DNA of 63,854 nucleotides, counting the filler, from Folioceros fuciformis (taxonomy: Eukaryota), in the NCBI GenBank assembly GCA_049999805.1. It is 3 parts of 3 records of this genome, joined end to end, with 100 filler letters (N's around TTAATTAATTAA, not from the genome) between each part and the next. Parts side by side here need not be neighbours in the genome. Positions count along the whole stretch, not along the records: positions 22,741 to 43,861 come from JBNGIO010004144.1; positions 43,962 to 63,854 come from JBNGIO010004146.1; 1 more part is not named here. One strand, written 5' to 3'. The translations under genes and the position numbers were made by a program. The stretch's first letter is position 1; the number at the start of each line of letters is the position of its first letter. Below, in pieces: positions 35,913 through 49,482 of the stretch. The notes under the pieces are model-generated. The model saw nothing but the letters and a program-made list of their open reading frames with translations. It was not told the origin of the DNA and did not search any database.

Positions 35913-38900
35913 TGACAATCATCGAGCATGCGCGGATAGCTGGTAGGCGTAGGAAAGATTAGATTAAAGAACAAGTTACATGCCCGTGTCTTATGCACGC
36001 GGCAGGCGGTTGATAACCGTCAGGGGTTACTAACCATTAGGGTTTGAAAGACTAACCTACGACCTGGATAGCTAACCTATACTAGGGTTAGACATACCTA
36101 TACTAACACTCCCACTCAGGTCTAGAGTTAGGACGTGTAGAGTCTGTATTTTGTAGTTATATATATATATATATGTTTATATTGTTTACTACTAACTTCT
36201 ACGAAACGTAAAACCTAACTAAAAGGAAACTCGACAATCCTGCAAAGAAACTCATCAGCCCTAAGCAAGTGTCGACGTCTCTTCAATCTTCATGCTCCGC
36301 TTGAGTCTTTGAGCTGCTGCCGACCTCCCAGCTGGAATGCCGATCGGGCACTGTGCTCCACCGCAGAGATCCTTGTGCTGATCGCAGCCCCATGGCGCTT
36401 GAGTGCTCATAGTGTTTAATGCGCCCAAGCGCTTTTGTCAAGATGTTTGCAGTCATGGATTCGGTAGGGCAATATGAAATCCTCATAAGCCCTTGAGCAA
36501 TGGTTTGCTGAATGTAATGGTGCTCTATCTCGATGTGCTTCGTCCTGGCATGGAAGCGGGGATTCATGGAGAGCGCTATGGCGCTCTGGTTGTCACAGAA
36601 CAGGTCAATTGGAAGCTGCTGCTGAATTCCGAGCTCTCTGAGTACTCCCATTGACCATGTAATCTCCTTGCAGGCCTCTGTCAAGCTTTTGTACTCCGCT
36701 TCTGTCGAAGAAAGAGCGATGGTTGACTGCTTCTGGCTGCTCCAGGATATGGCTCCTTTTGCTAGCAGCGTGACATAACTGCTGATGCTTTTACGGCTGT
36801 CTGGGTCTCCTGCCCAGTCAACATTACTGTAGACCATCAGGCGTAGGGCATCCTTCCCCTTGGCGTTGTACATAATACCCCATTCCGCTATTCCAGCTAT
36901 GTAGTGATAGACCCTTGTCATGAGGTCCTGATGCGATTTGTTGGGGTTGGAAACAAATCTGGAAGTCAGTCCAGAACTGAATGCCAAGTCTGGCCTGCTC
37001 CCAATCATCAGGTGCATTACACTGCCGTTCTTGGAAGGGTAGAGCACCACGTATGGCACGTCCTCCTCAAGTATGTCACCGACTTGCTGAACATATCTCA
37101 CATTTTGCTCTACAGGTGTTGCAATAGGTTTGCAACTAGACATGCCGTACCTCTCCAAGATTTGTAATGCATATTTGTGCTGATGCAGGAAGATGGTGCC
37201 TGCGCTTCTGTTCCTGAGGAGCTGCATGCCCAGACAATAGGCAAGAGCTCCAGCTTCAGTTGTCTTGAACTCTCTTTTCAGATGTTCCTTCAGCTCATGA
37301 ATCATCCTTCTAGAATTGCTTAGCACTATGATGTCATCAACGTATATAGCAAGAGCTAGAAAATCAGCACCCTCTCTTTTAATATACACATTACTGTCTA
37401 CGTGCAAGCTTGCATAGCCTAGTTGCTGCAGGTATGCATCAATCCTCTCGTACCATGCTCGTGGGCTCTGTTTGAGCCCATACTGGGTTTTCAGCAATTT
37501 ACAAGCTAGACGAGGTATGTTAGAGGGTATTGCCACTCCTAGGGGAACCTGCATATAGATCTCCTCCTGCAGGTTGCCGTACAGGAATGCCATGGTGACG
37601 TCAAGCTGCTCTAGTTCTAAATTATTGACAGCTGCTAGTGCTACGAACATCCGCAATGTGTTTAGCTTCACCACCGGGCTAAACGTGTCATCATAGTCGA
37701 TTCCAGGTATTTGAGAGTACCCTTTCGCTACCACTCTGCCTTTGTAGCGTGCTATGCTCCCATCTGCCTTCAGTTTGATCTTAAACACCCACTTGGACCC
37801 CACTAGCGTCATGTCTGCAGACAAGCTTACAATAACCCATGTATTATTCTCATGCAGGGATGCCAACTCCGTCTGTATGGCCACATGCTAGTGCTAAGCA
37901 TCTGGACAGCTTAGAGCTGCCTCATAGGTTGGGGGTTCATAGAGCAAGGTGTTCGTAGCTAGGCAGTGAGTAAAATTAGTCTTAGGGTGCCTGAAATCAT
38001 CTGACACATACATACCAGGAGGCTTTTGAGCTCGAAGTGATCGCCGAGGCTCGAGGTGAGCAAACTTGGCTTTCCTCCTATGCTGCCCTTCAGGTGTAGC
38101 TGTAGGAATAACTGTTTCTGATGCATCAGAATCAAGGACAGATGATGACTCAAACAAGCTGCGGTTACTGTGCACACAACCAGATGTTCGCAGGGGTGTG
38201 TGCATTACAGGGGACTGTGTTGTAGCTGGTGCCACCTTAGTTTGAGTTTGTGCAGGCATTGGAATGGGTCCCGGAAGAAGTACCGGGATTTGTCCCACCA
38301 TCATCTCCTTCACCTCTGCTGTGGAGTCATCCTCTGAGTCCTCGGACAAGGCAGCTCCCACTGGCTGACTGGCTTCAACGCCCTCTACAAATGCAACATC
38401 CCTGGAATGTGCCACCCGCTTGGTACGTCGATTGATAATCTTGTAGCCTTTGATGCCATCAGTAAATCCCAGAAAAATGCAACAATCTGATTTTGGTTCG
38501 AACTTCTTGCGAAGGTCCTTGTGTACTTGAGCATACACCGTCAACCCAAACACGTGCAAATGTGACAGGTTGGGTTTCCTTCCTATCCAGACCTCGTAGG
38601 GTGTCTTGCCTTCCACTGACTTGTGAGCTATGCGATTTTGGATAAAGGCTGCATAGGCAACTGCCTCCTCCTAGTAGCATTGAGGAAGACGAGCATACTG
38701 GAGCATACTAGAGGCAGAAGTTTCAAGAGCTTGGTTCTTGTTTTCCGACACGCCATTTTGTTGAGGGGTGTGTGCGTTGGTCAACTGCCGGCTGATGCCA
38801 TGTTGACGACAAAATGCATCAAACTCTCCGGACAAGTATTCTCCACCATTGTCCGTCCTCAAAATTTTGAGCCGATGGCCTGTTTGGGTCTCTGCCCACA

Positions 38901-41667
38901 CTTTGTACTCCATGAAGCAAGCAAGAGTCTCATACTTGTGTTTCAGAAAGTAGACTACACAGAATCTAGAAAAGTCGTCAGTGAAGGTTGTGAAATACTC
39001 CTTGCCACCAATGGATACAGGCAGTTTGCCACATACATCACTATGCATGAGTCCTAACAGTTCTATGGCTCGTGTTGCTTGTCCTGTAGGGAAGGCAGTT
39101 TGCTTGTGCTTCCCCAAGACGCAAGCCTCACACACTCCAAAGTCATCAAGGCTGTCGAGAGTAATGCCATCCACCATTTTTCCTTTGTACATGGCCACAA
39201 GCTTCTGGAAGTTGACGTGTCCCAGGCGGAGGTGCCACAGGTACGTCATAGAAGGCTTCACAAAATGTGAGCTGGCTGCTACTTCATAGGCCTTTTCCTG
39301 GAGGAGGTCCAAATGATACAAATCGTGGTTTTGCAGATGCCCTTTGGCTAGAAGGGTGCCGTCCTTCTTCTCAACAATGCATTTGCCATCACCAAAGCAC
39401 ACGTAACACCCTGACTGGTCCATTCTTCTGACGGAGACCAGATTCTTAGCGAGGCCAGGTACATAAAGGACATCTGGAATTTCCAGATGCTGATTTGGCT
39501 CCAGGTCGAGCCTGACCATACCTTGGCCTTCTATACGATGCTGCGAATTATCACCGAGGCATACAAAGTTGCCAGGTATGCTCTCATGAATGTTTGTAAA
39601 ATACGCAGCATGCGGTGTCATGTGTTGCGAAGCGCCACTGTCTATGTACCAGGTGTGCTCCAGCTATCCCACAAAGCATGTGGCAACATTACACTGCTGA
39701 ATGGAATCAGATGCTGAAGGGTCTGAAATAACACTGGCACAGAAGGCACGACTATATTTTTGCATGGTGACGGCAAGGTGACCAGAAGAATGGCCACCCT
39801 CAGCTGCAATGCGTTTCCGGCATACTTCCCATGTGTGGTCATTCATACCGCAGTAACCACATGGTGGTCTTGGTTTTGTGCTACCAAAACCAGGAGGTCT
39901 CGGGGTCAGCCCTCTGCCCTTGCCTCTACCTTGCATGAAAGGATGCCCACGTCCTCTGCCTCTTCCAGGTTTGCCTGTCCACAGAGCTCAATCTCCTCCA
40001 GCAGAGATAGAGTTGCTTGCAATTTTCCTTCTGGACTCCTTGGTTAGCACAGTTGCTATGCCTCGAGTAACTGATATAGGCCTCGCCTCCTGCAGGCCTT
40101 GAACAATGCTTGTCCAGATTTCTGGAAGTGTAGTGAGGAGGATAACGGCAAGAAGCTCCTCCTCCACCTCGAACCTTGGTGACACCATTTTCACTCTGGC
40201 ATTGTGAAAATCTAACACATGTTTGTCTACAAGGTCAGTCTCCTTCATTTTTAGGCCAATGAATTGCTTAAGTACAAATGTCTAAAGCATCAAATCCCTG
40301 GAATCATACAGGAGCTTTACTTGTTTCCACCAGGCAGCTGCACTGTCTTCGACTCCTTGGAATACGCCGGTATGAGTGCTCTTAACACTAAAGTGCAGCA
40401 GGGTTTGAGCTGATTGCTCATCTTCGTCCCATTTTGTTATTGCTTCTGATGTTGCTCCTGGTCCAGGCTTAGGTGTGGGCACTGGAGGTGTGCCAACACC
40501 ATTCACATGGGCCCACAGTTTCCTTGACTTGAGTGTTGCCTCCATGCTTCGTTTCCACACATGATAATTTTCTCCATCGAACTTGTCTTCCTTTGGGATG
40601 AAGTTAGGTGTAGGAATCGAGGTGCCTTGCTATTGGGCCATGCTTGAATGTGCCCTCTAGGGCTTCAGGGCGATCCACTTCGCCTTACAAGAGGAAGGAA
40701 AGCCAGGTTCTGAACAGATATCTAAGGTAACTTTTAATGATTGTGTTACGCATAGTGGATACTCATAGCTGATGTGCTAGAGTATGCGAGATGCATACTC
40801 TCTAAGAATATGTTCAGGTTGCGGCTCCTTCACCTTTACAAATAACTCCTCCATATGGTTATAAAGATGTTGTAGTGCATCTTGTGCTTGAACAAGAAAG
40901 TGCAGGTAAAGAATATCCTTGCTGGCAGGAAGCAGCATGTTGTTCAAGCAAGGTCAGAAACATCAAGCGTGCTCCAATCGTAACCATCAAGAGCAGGTGA
41001 TCCTTGCAAGACATTGGTTGTCATCAGTTCAAGGGTGATGCAGATCTTTATCCATACTTGTTCCCAACGTGTGGGTGCGAGAGTCTTCAGGTAATGATCG
41101 TCTTGCTCCTTCATCCACTCGCGCAACTCCCGCTGCCTTTGTGCTCTTTGTGCTAACCTCTCGCATTTTCAGAGGCCAGGCATAGCTGTTGACTTCGTTG
41201 GGCTGCTTGCAGCATTGTCCAGAATATGAAGTCTGAACGCATTTGCAGCAGCAGCACGGGCTTGAACAGCAGCGCTCAATCCTCCAAAAAATGCACAGGA
41301 TGCATCGTTGCTACGAGTTGTAGTTCGCACAAAGAATTAGGAACAGTAAAAATAAGCATGCCCCTACGCACGAGAGAACTCCAAGAAAGTGAAGAGATCG
41401 CGGTGCAGCTTAGGAAGAGCAAGTTCGCATGAATCAAATCAGGAATCGTGAAGATTCCTGTTCTGATACCATGACAATCATCGAGCATGCGCGGATAGCT
41501 GGTAGGCGTAGGAAAGATTAGATTAAAAAATAGGATACATGCCCGTGTCTTATGCACGTGGCAGGCGGTTGATAACCGTTGGGGGTTACTAACCGTTAGG
41601 GTTTGAAAGACTAACCTACGACCTAGATAGCTAACCTATACTAGGGTTAGACATACCTATACTAACA
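35913..41667 (-). mobile_element. Full-length Ty1/Copia LTR retrotransposon (5755 bp), inactivated by a few stops
   Basis: 196-bp LTRs 35913-36108 and 41472-41667 (TG...CA); TSD CTCCG; PBS TGGTATCAGAA (41461-41471); PPT TGAGTGGGAG. gag, zinc knuckle CGYCGMNDHTWEVC, protease, integrase, RT (YVDD) and RNase H in Copia order. Confidence 0.96.
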
Positions 41668-42506
41668 CTCCGCTCCCACCACCTCCACCATGCAGCCTTC
41701 ACATTAAGGCAGCCTTGTTGGAAAGCATCCAGCAACTAACATAATCAAACTATTAGAACTGTAGGAAGTTGTAGGTCCCACCTATTCTTAATGTCGGTTG
41801 TCCAGATGCTAGGTCGTAGCGTGTATAAAGCCCCTTCTTTGTAATTGAAATGGCCTCAAACCCTACCTCCGGCTTGAGAACACCTCTCCCCGGCCCCCTT
41901 TGTGTCTCTGCTTCCAACAACCTCTGCTGACTCATCTTTACTACTTGAGAGATCTCCGTTCTGCCCACTTCAAGTCTCCCACCTTCTACATTTGCTCTGC
42001 TGAATGTATGATACAGCCCAAAAGCAACCAAGACCCAAGACGCTTGTGGGACACACCCAGCGTACCTTTTGTCGTAGCTGCAACAACTCCGATGACGGAC
42101 ATCCCATCATAGGTATGGACCTCACTCTACGGATTTCTTCATCTCCATTGCAACTCCTTTTCTTCTTGCTCTTTGACTCTTTCACAACCCTCCCAAGCTT
42201 CCCCGACGGACCCTAGGAGCAACTCTTTGTGGTAGGGATTGATGCCCAAGGCCAAACAGCCAAACTCCCACTAGACCTCGGCCCTCACGCCTTACCCCTA
42301 ACTCCCCTTCTCATCAACAACCGTCATACTCCATCCACCCTTGTCGCCTCCCACGGACCGCGCAACCCTCTCGCTACACATCTCCACCTCATTGTTCTGC
42401 CCCTTTGTTCAACCTCCATTTCCTCCATGCCATTCCCACCGTGCTGTCCATTCATCCAAAATTGTACTTACAAGGAGGCTTGACAACATTTTGGCAAATA
42501 GGCCGT

Positions 42507-43861
42507 TGTTGGACACTACCGAGTGCTCCCTACTCTTCAAGTCGATATGGTCTAGCTATGTGGAGGTAAAGAGTATTTTTTTATTATGTAAACCTCTTTG
42601 CGTGGATGATGTCCTTGGGCTTCCTTTGTAGGGTTTCCAAAGGTTGTGGATTCCGGAGTACTCTGCAAGAGTCTGCAGGTCACAAATCTTTAGCAAGGCA
42701 AGCCATCAAGGCTTGTCTCTTGTGTTGAGTTATCGAGCTCTATATGAGCTAAACTCATGTGGTGTTAGTTATCCCAGTTGGGTTCATACTAGACTAGTTC
42801 TAGTTATTAGTGAACTTAGGATAGTGTAGATTATCCCATATTGAACCTGGAAGTTGTGTAGCCCTAAATGTACTACTTAAATGGAGACCTCGGACCTCCA
42901 TAGTAAGACAGTGGTGATGTGTATTGTTTTCATGGTTGTGATCACCAATACCACCCTCTCTTCTCTCCTCTCCTCTCCTACACTTGCACGTAGACTGGAG
43001 TCGATCCTATTGACATGGTATCAGAGCCCGGTGCAGGCGGTGCAAGATCGGCGTAGGAGGTGCTGCAAGAGGCAGCAAGAGTGCACACCAGAAGCTAGAG
43101 CAGCTACGAGAAGTTGGAGCAGCTTGGAGGGAGATCGGCAGCAAGTGTCCCGGCAGCTAACTCTCATATCGGTGTGTGCAGGAAGTGAGGAGAAGGGCGA
43201 CAAGGCCCTGTCAGCTTACTGGACTAGCTGTTGATCCCTAGAGCTCTGTGGAAGGGCTGACAAGTGGAGGCAACAGCTGCAATAGCCTCAGCAGTTGCAA
43301 GAAAGTGTGCTAACCCTAGCTTGGCAGTAGGGAAGGAATTGACAGGAAATCTCACGGGAGCTTTGTGGGCAGACAGTCAAGAGTCTGTAAGGACACGGAG
43401 CATGAGACAATCTGGTTCACGCAAGGCAGCGTGATTCCGCACCAGATTGCTCTTAGGAAGAAGAGACTTAAGGTCTTATGAGTAAAACTCCAGTCAGAAG
43501 CAGTCTGGTTCTTTCAGACATTTATCAGGTGTGAGTACTCAAGAAAGGATTGAGTGTCAACCTTGAGTGGTGGCAAGAATGGCCAGTGACAGTATTAACC
43601 AGATCGTACAGGAGAAGCTGGACAAAAACAACTTCCATGCCTGGAAGTTTCGTTTTACAAACTTTCTTATGGGAAAGGGTTATTGGGACTACATTGAGGG
43701 GGAGCATGAAAAACCCCCTGTAGTACTTGAACGGAATGCAACAGCGGAGCAGATTAAGGCGCTGAAGGATTGGAGTCAAGGATCTCGGAAGGTCATGTAT
43801 TGGCTGTCAATCAGCATTCATGACACCATGATTGGGCACATACAGGATGCAGAGTCGCCCA
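42507..43861 (+). mobile_element. 5' end of a Ty1/Copia element (LTR about 42507-43015, PBS, gag start), cut by a gap
   Basis: LTR ending ...TGACA, PBS TGGTATCAGAGC at 43016-43027, gag KLDKNNFHAWKFRFTNFLMGKGYWDYIEG. Confidence 0.85.
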
Positions 43862-43961
43862 NNNNNNNNNNNNNNNNNNNNNNNNNNNNNNNNNNNNNNN
43901 NNNNNTTAATTAATTAANNNNNNNNNNNNNNNNNNNNNNNNNNNNNNNNNNNNNNNNNNNN
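43862..43961. other. Assembly gap containing artificial TTAATTAATTAA linker (43906-43917)
   Basis: 44 N + TTAATTAATTAA + 44 N. Confidence 0.95.
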
Positions 43962-45396
43962 TTGTAATTGTTTTGAAGCTGCTTGTTTTCGGGTTCCAAG
44001 CGCAGGGCAAATTCAAAGTCTGAAACACGAAAGGCCATGAGACAAATCGACAAGATGATCCCAATCCATCAAATGGTAGGTCAGCAGTAACTGGCACCCA
44101 CCTTCAACAGCTTCCAGATATCGCTTGAGCTCCAGTTGAGCGGTTCCTCGACGTGCATAAGCTTTTGTGTAACGATCATCCATGGCAATCGCCTCGTTAC
44201 AATCCGTTATAGCCTCGTCGAACCTGTCAGGATGCAAGAATACTTCTGAATCAAATACACCCCAAGGTTTGCACGTCTGACAACACCTAGATCGAACCCC
44301 AACCTCCTGATCTTTAGATAAGCCATGGCTCGATTTGCATAAGCGGCTGCCGTGGGCTGCAATCCTATGCTCCTTGAATAACTCTCAATAGCCTTCACAT
44401 ACTTTTTCTCCTTGAAAAACTCATTTCCCTGCTTCGATCCATGTGGAACAGTCACTAAAGCAGGACGGGATGACGCAACAAAGAGGGGCACAGCTTCAAA
44501 CTCAGCAGATGGATGGAGACAGGGCTCACAATGACTCATCAGATGTCCAGGGTGGCGGTACTCACAGCATCCTTTTCTAATATGGCATCTGCCATGGCAC
44601 CAGAAGACATGGAGCCTCTCAGTCCCATAACATCCGACAATCCACCACCACCCAGCCCACGTTCAAAACCAGGCTGGTTCAGGCTAACTTGTGGATGGGC
44701 GTCCGACGCCCTACTGCTCGGAACTGTATCTGCTCGTTCAGAGGATTGTATCTTCGGACGGAAAGTCACGTTTTTCGTAGGTTCCTCATCAACCTCTTTC
44801 AAAGCCGCATCCTACTGAATGCATTCCAGCACAACGACGAGGTAAAACGGTGACCAACCAAACAGGAAACATACAATTGCACCAAAACCAGAGTAGCAGC
44901 AACCCCACCACATCGAATTTATCCCACTTGTCTCGGAAATGATCGTATGTGTGCTTGGCAGCTGTATCACCGGGGCTCTGCTTCTGCTTGGACGAGCTCC
45001 CATCCACTGGACTCGCCTTGGATCCCGCTTTCCGGCTCTGCACGGGTTCATTCGCCACCCGACCCCTGACTGGGGCGACATTCTGCGTGCGGCATGAGGG
45101 GATGAGCAACCGAAAGGATCACGGAGAGCGCGTCGGCAGGACTTACCGTGTCCCTGCTTGCTTGCGATTTCACGCTATTATCCTTTTGCTTGATGGAATG
45201 CTGCCAGTCCTTGAGCTCTTTCAGAAACCCCTGCAACTCCTGCGGTGGCCCACAAACAACCATGTGGTTTTAGAGAGCAATGAAGCAAAACCTCCGACAG
45301 CAACCCGTCAAATCCGCAGAAGGAGGAGGCCAGGAAAAGGAAGCAGAGGCAAACCAAAGTGTTGTCGCGAATTTGCTTCTGCGCATCGGTAGCCAT
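43962..45396 (-). CDS. RPAP3-like TPR co-chaperone (carboxylate-clamp TPR), 3' end lost in the gap
   Basis: MATDAQKQIRDNTL-ELQGFLKELKDWQHSIKQKD; TPRs EKDA-GNEFFKEKKYVKAIESYSRSI, AYANRAMAYLKIRRFDEAITDCNEAI, KAYARRGTA. Exons: 45396-45355, 45239-45147, 45082-44909, 44811-44566, 44428-44304, 44223-44102, 44019-gap. Confidence 0.85.
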
Positions 45397-46010
45397 CACA
45401 GAATCGAATTTGCTCGCTTGCTTGCTGCCTGCCTGTCCCTGCTCGCCACGTTAACTGCGACAGAGTAGGAGAATAAATTTGCGTTTGATCCCACAGAAAA
45501 GTCAAGTGATTCGCGTTTGATCCGACATAGCAAGGCAAGTGATTCCCTTCGATCCCACAGAAAAGGCAGGGCAAGGCAAGGCAAGGTAAAGTGAAGAGCG
45601 TTTCATGTCATGTATGTATATTGTATGTACAGTACTTACAGAGGTCTGGCGTTTAAAAGAGTGTTGAGTCGTGACCACGTACGTACCTGTATACAGACAG
45701 GTGCCTAGTAGGATAGGAGTCTGCCACAAAGGGAAAGGTAAAAGTCACCTTCACTTCTTTCTCGGAGTAGGATTAGAAGTAGGAGTACGTTTCCGTGTAG
45801 ATGCCGATCCTGGCACAGGAAAGGGAATATGTGACAGCCGAAGCGTGGACGGGGAGGTCAGTCGTGAGAGGCGACAAGCTGGCGTGCTGGCAATTGCTGG
45901 GTTCCGGGTGTCGTATGATGCACGGATTGGTGATGGTGCGGGAGCGGAGAATGGCGATGGGGAGATGACCTATCTCATGGCTTGTGTGTTGTCTCACTGC
46001 ATCCATCACC

Positions 46011-47837
46011 ATGGATTCCGGCTCATCTGCGCCTCATCAGCGCCGCCCGTTCCCGCCGCAGCCTGCCAAGGTTTGGTCTACACAAGCCCCTTTCTTGGCT
46101 GCCAGCTGCGCTACTTGTCTGTCTCACTCTCTTGACGTGGGTGCGTATCCGTGGCGTTCCAGGTGGTGCTGCACACTCGCAAGATCCTGTCCCAGCATGC
46201 CGAGAAGATCGCTGAAAGAGCTGACGAGCATCAGCACTTTCTGAACAAGGTCTGCGTCTCACCTTGTATCGTTGTTCGGTCATGACGCTTTATTTTGCCT
46301 ATCAATCTCACCGATCCCTTGTGTGGCAGCTGACCTACTGTGTAGGAGTTGTTGCTTTCGGGACTTTCTGTTTCCTTCTGGGTTCAAGTAGTTTTTGCTC
46401 CCCATCATCTATTTGCAGCTTCGTGAAATTGCATGTGCATGCTGGATTTTTCGATCTCTGTGGTGACCAAACATTAACTGATTGCAGGGCCGCAAGATAT
46501 ACCATTCCTATATTGTGTGTTCTTTATCATCGTTGCTCCTCTTAGATGGATTTATTACCGTATTAAGAAGTGGCATTACTACCTCTTGGTATCCTATCGC
46601 AACTCCGTTGTGATGTCCTGCTGTCGGCTTCCAGTTGACTGTTATCTGAGTTGCCATCCTCTGCTCTGTCGCAGGACTTTTGTTACTATGCGAACGTCAT
46701 TTTTATGGTGCTCCTTCTCTTCTTCCCAAAGAACGAAAAGCTCTTTCTTGTTTGCTTCTCCTTTTCCGAGGTAGGTGCTACTAGTTTCAAAACACCTCAT
46801 ATGTTGCTGCGATGTATCTCACCTCGTATCTCATATCTCGACTTTGCAGTTGGAGCAGATGGAAGCCTTCCTTTGTGTCAGCGTTTGATACTTTTAACAA
46901 GAATAATGTGGTCGAGGATAATCTGAGTTAATAGCGATGTGTGTAGCTTGCAGGGGCCTTTGGCATGGGCTATCATAGTGTGGAGATGTAGCCTTGTCTT
47001 CAGTTCTGTTGACAAGATCATCAGTGTTCTGATACATCTCTTACCTGGTCAGTTCAGTTTCAACCTTCAATGGCCCGTGTCAAATCATGTTCTCGGCTTA
47101 GTGGTCAATGTTTGTGTAGGTGCTCTGACTAAGTCATTTCTCATGCAAATCAGGAACGGTGTTTTTCATCATTCGTTGGTGGGACCCTATTACTTTTTCT
47201 CAACACTCAGCGGAGGAGATTGGACCCTGGCCTGCCTGGCCCCTGCTAGAGACGGAGTCGCTTTGGACATGGCTGTTTATTGTACCACTAGCCGCCTACA
47301 GCATGTGGCAAATGTTATATTTTCTTGTGGTCAATGTATTACGGCGGCAAAGGCTCTTGAATGACCCTGAAGTAATGACGTCCTACAGGTAGGTTGTTGC
47401 GTAGTGAGGTGTTGTCTATCTTCTGCTTCCCGATCTGCTTCTGAGTTGCTTGTTGTATCTCCAGGGAGCTGTCTAGGAAAGCAGCTAAGGCCAACAACAT
47501 ATGGTGGAGACTGAGTGGACTTTTGGGGCATCAGAATCGGATGATTATGTACGCCTTGCTCCAGGCGTTGTTCACGGTTGCCACCATGGCGCTCACTGTG
47601 CCAATATTTAAATCTTACCGATTTCATGTCGCTTTTGAGTTCTTCAAGGTGGGAGCTGCTATTTGGAATGGTGGAAATTTTTTCTTCGATGTGATGCCAA
47701 GTCAAGTTGATGCAAGGAAGAAGAAACCTTCCCACAAAACTGTCGAGATCATTGAGGAGGTGGGGAAGAAAGGGTTGCGAAATGGTGGCGCTGGTTTGCC
47801 GCCAGTGCAAGACACAGTTGTCCAGGACGGTAGTTGA
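46011..47837 (+). CDS. GPC1: Glycerophosphocholine acyltransferase (GPCAT, DUF2838 family); 8 exons
   Basis: [86 protein letters not shown]. Exons: 46011-46070, 46163-46249, 46330-46387, 46488-46588, 46675-46770, 46954-47047, 47154-47388, 47465-47837. Confidence 0.88.
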
Positions 47838-48888
47838 TTTTAGTACAGTTTCTCTCTACAACAGTATGTTCTGTGCTTTACCGTTTGAGGGTTTAGGGTG
47901 GCCTTTCCCGAAGATACGGTAAAGTGAGTAATTTGTGCGATCCTTGGTAGTGAACAGCCGGAAGCTGTAGTGGTCGGTGTGTACCCTGTAGTCAAGGAAC
48001 CTTGGTATCCAATTCAAGCCACTGCCGACAGTGACTGAAGTTTCCGCGTTCTAGTATGCACACCGTGAAATCCTCTGGTGTGTATGATTAAAAGACTTTT
48101 ATAGCATTGTCGTGACGTAATAACAGCGTTCGCTCATGCATCCATTAACAACAAGCGTGAAAAAAGCTAAGTCATCCAGCACAACGTTAATGACAGGCTA
48201 AGAAAGCCTTCAACTCTTCCGAGAATGAGATCATACAGCATGCATCAACAACTTCCAAAACCCGCTGCGACCGCCATTAACAGAAAATCAACGCCGACAA
48301 AACCTAATCCTTAGATAACAACAAATAACCTTGGTCTTTTTGTGGAAAAAAAGTCTCAGCAACACTCTACGACCAAAATGGTTCCAACCTTCACAGTAAC
48401 GACGTCTCCCAAAGTCATGCCAAGTAAGGCGTCTCTCCCACAGCTGTGCAGACTCCATCCAGAAGCAGCTGCAAGCGGTTTACGCTACTGCACCATTTCC
48501 ATGCACCCGAATAACCATAGAAGCTGCAGTTCCAAAGCCAGCTCGTATCTTCAGATACATCAAGTCGAATGGTAGCAAAATCTTCAACCCGCAAGTCTTC
48601 CAGAGAAGGTTCATGAACAGGGACAGTGAGTGAGTCGCCAAGGTGAGTGTTCCGTGGGGCCAGAAGAAAATCTATCTGCGGTAACGACTTTTGAAGTTCG
48701 AGCTTTCCAGGATCCTGGCATCTCAGCTTATGATAGCGAAAGAAAAATGGTGGTTGATACTTGTCAGTAGACAGTGCGCTGATCTGCTGCTTGGCTCCAT
48801 GACTTGTAACTGTCTCCTAGAACACCTGGTTGCAAACAAGAGCCCCAAGGGGATAGCCAAAGTCCCCGAGTATCAAGCTGTTCAGGAA

Positions 48889-49482
48889 CTATTCGTCAAC
48901 AATGTTGACCAGTTCGTACTCCACCAGCGAAAGATTGTTCTCCTCCTTCACAACAAAGCTGGCCGGCTCAGTCACTTCCACCCTGCCCCACTTGTCCACG
49001 GCCAATCTCATTGACCCCTTGAACATATCAATTTTTGCATTGCGAAGCACAACTGTCACGCCCTCCTTCATTAGGTCAACTGCAGTCCACAGTTTAAGGC
49101 CAAGTCAAATTAACACGGATGGATCGACGATAACCTTCACGAAGATTTCATTGACTTAAAACAAGCTCACAAGACGATAAACACCCTTGAAACAAATCGG
49201 GCACATGAAGGATGAACCAAGAAACATGCACACGGCAGTCGATCGACTGAGGCCCACACCTTGTTCGTTTCGTGCAGTAAAGACGATAACACCGGTGTCG
49301 TCTCCAACAATACATTCCGCAATCCGAACGTGCCGAACCTGGTTACCATCAGGTCGCGCCTTCTGCAGCACCAACTTGGAACTCACAACCTTCACCGTGA
49401 GCGTATGGCCTGATGTACCCGGACGAAGCTGGTCCACGGTTATAAATACAGGCTTTCTCAAATTGGCGTTCGGTGCAGCCAT
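48889..49482 (-). CDS. Small OB-fold nucleic-acid-binding protein (conserved plant family); 2 exons
   Basis: LRKPVFITVDQLRPGTSGHTLTVKVV..IAECIVGDDTGVIVFTARNEQ-VDLMKEGVTVVLRNAKIDMFKGSMRLAVDKWGR..NLSLVEYELV. Exons 49482-49260 and 49079-48889. Probable 5'UTR intron with donor near 50103. Confidence 0.92.

Noticed and set aside
43962-45396. TPR gene as a truncated pseudogene
   Set aside because: The reading frame is intact up to an assembly gap.
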